A stretch of DNA of 60,808 bases, counting the filler. It is 6 parts of 6 records of this genome, joined end to end, with 100 filler letters (N's around TTAATTAATTAA, not from the genome) between each part and the next. Parts side by side here need not be neighbours in the genome. Positions count along the whole stretch, not along the records: positions 53,615 to 60,808 come from SRR31156797_21064; 5 more parts are not named here. One strand, 5' to 3'. A program made the position numbers and the translations under genes. The notes beneath the pieces were generated by a model that was given only the letters and a program-made list of their open reading frames with translations, was not told the DNA's origin and ran no database searches. Shown here piece after piece: positions 60,276 through 60,808 of this stretch; the first letter of the stretch is position 1; every line of letters starts with the position of its first letter.

Positions 60276-60808
60276 AGCCCACTGAGCCCTTTGCCGGAAT
60301 GGATCGCAGGTCGTTTATTAAAAAGGTGTTAAACGGAACCATTGCTGGCTCCCTGTTCATGGTGTTTCCTCTCACCGCCGACACCTTTGTTCCCCCGGAG
60401 CAGATTCCTGGTATCCGGGACAAGCCCTACGATATTTTTCAACATGAATTCGCCTTTGTGGTTGATATCACCCGGTGCATCGGCTGCGGCGCCTGCTGTG
60501 TGGCGGACAAGCGGGAATACCAGGTCCCGGACGGCAATTACCGCACCTGGGTCGAGCGCTACGTTAAGGACTTTCACGACCAGGTCCACGTGGACTCCCC
60601 CAACGGTGGCCTTGACGGATACCAGACCCCCCGGGCGGATCTGGCCGGCAGGACCCGGGACACCTTTTTTGTGCCCAAGCTGTGCAACATGTGCCGGGAG
60701 GCGCCCTGTGTCCAGGTCTGTCCGGTGGGCGCCACCTTTACCACCCCGGACGGGTTTGTCCTGGTGGACAGAAAACGCTGTGTGGGCTGCGCCTATTGTA
60801 TCCAGGCC
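60272..60808 (+). CDS. NrfC/DmsB-like 4Fe-4S protein with twin-arginine-like signal (runs off window)
   Basis: Manual translation: DRRSFIK, D.TRCIGCGAC, PKLCNMC..APCVQVCPVGA, CVGCAYCIQA; ATGA overlap with the cytochrome gene. Confidence 0.88.
   Translation, partial: MKPTEPFAGMDRRSFIKKVLNGTIAGSLFMVFPLTADTFVPPEQIPGIRDKPYDIFQHEFAFVVDITRCIGCGACCVADKREYQVPDGNYRTWVERYVKDFHDQVHVDSPNGGLDGYQTPRADLAGRTRDTFFVPKLCNMCREAPCVQVCPVGATFTTPDGFVLVDRKRCVGCAYCIQA

Overview
The window is not continuous DNA. It is six contigs joined by five identical 100-nt linkers (N-run/TTAATTAATTAA/N-run), so adjacency across linkers is meaningless. Contigs 1, 2, 4, 5 and 6 look like a deltaproteobacterial (Desulfobacteraceae-like) anaerobe. 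They carry gap-pgk-pyk, yhdT-panF, birA-bioY-ECF with a BirA operator, galE, tsaA, eno, a surface-polysaccharide cluster, livKHMGF, rubredoxin-flavodiiron-ferritin-like genes, a large GDH-like protein and cytochrome c/Fe-S genes. Contig 3 is lower-GC and Firmicutes-like: an AraC regulator, an Opp/Nik-type ABC system, a heterodimeric ABC pair and a decayed ECF operon. The most interesting region is a ~11 kb co-oriented (minus-strand) defence island at 41.9-52.8 kb. In order it contains: an attI-like site with no integrase; a stand-alone Ser/Thr kinase gene with integron cassette boundaries (GTTAGGC ... GCCCAAC-attC); a Hachiman-like HamA nuclease/HamB helicase pair; a nuclease-NACHT (NLR-like) protein; a YhcG remnant; and a cas-less one-spacer type I-E mini-CRISPR. 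The first repeat of that mini-array has diverged in sequence but keeps the exact hairpin plus 8-nt handle register. All calls come from motif recognition by eye; no database searches were run.
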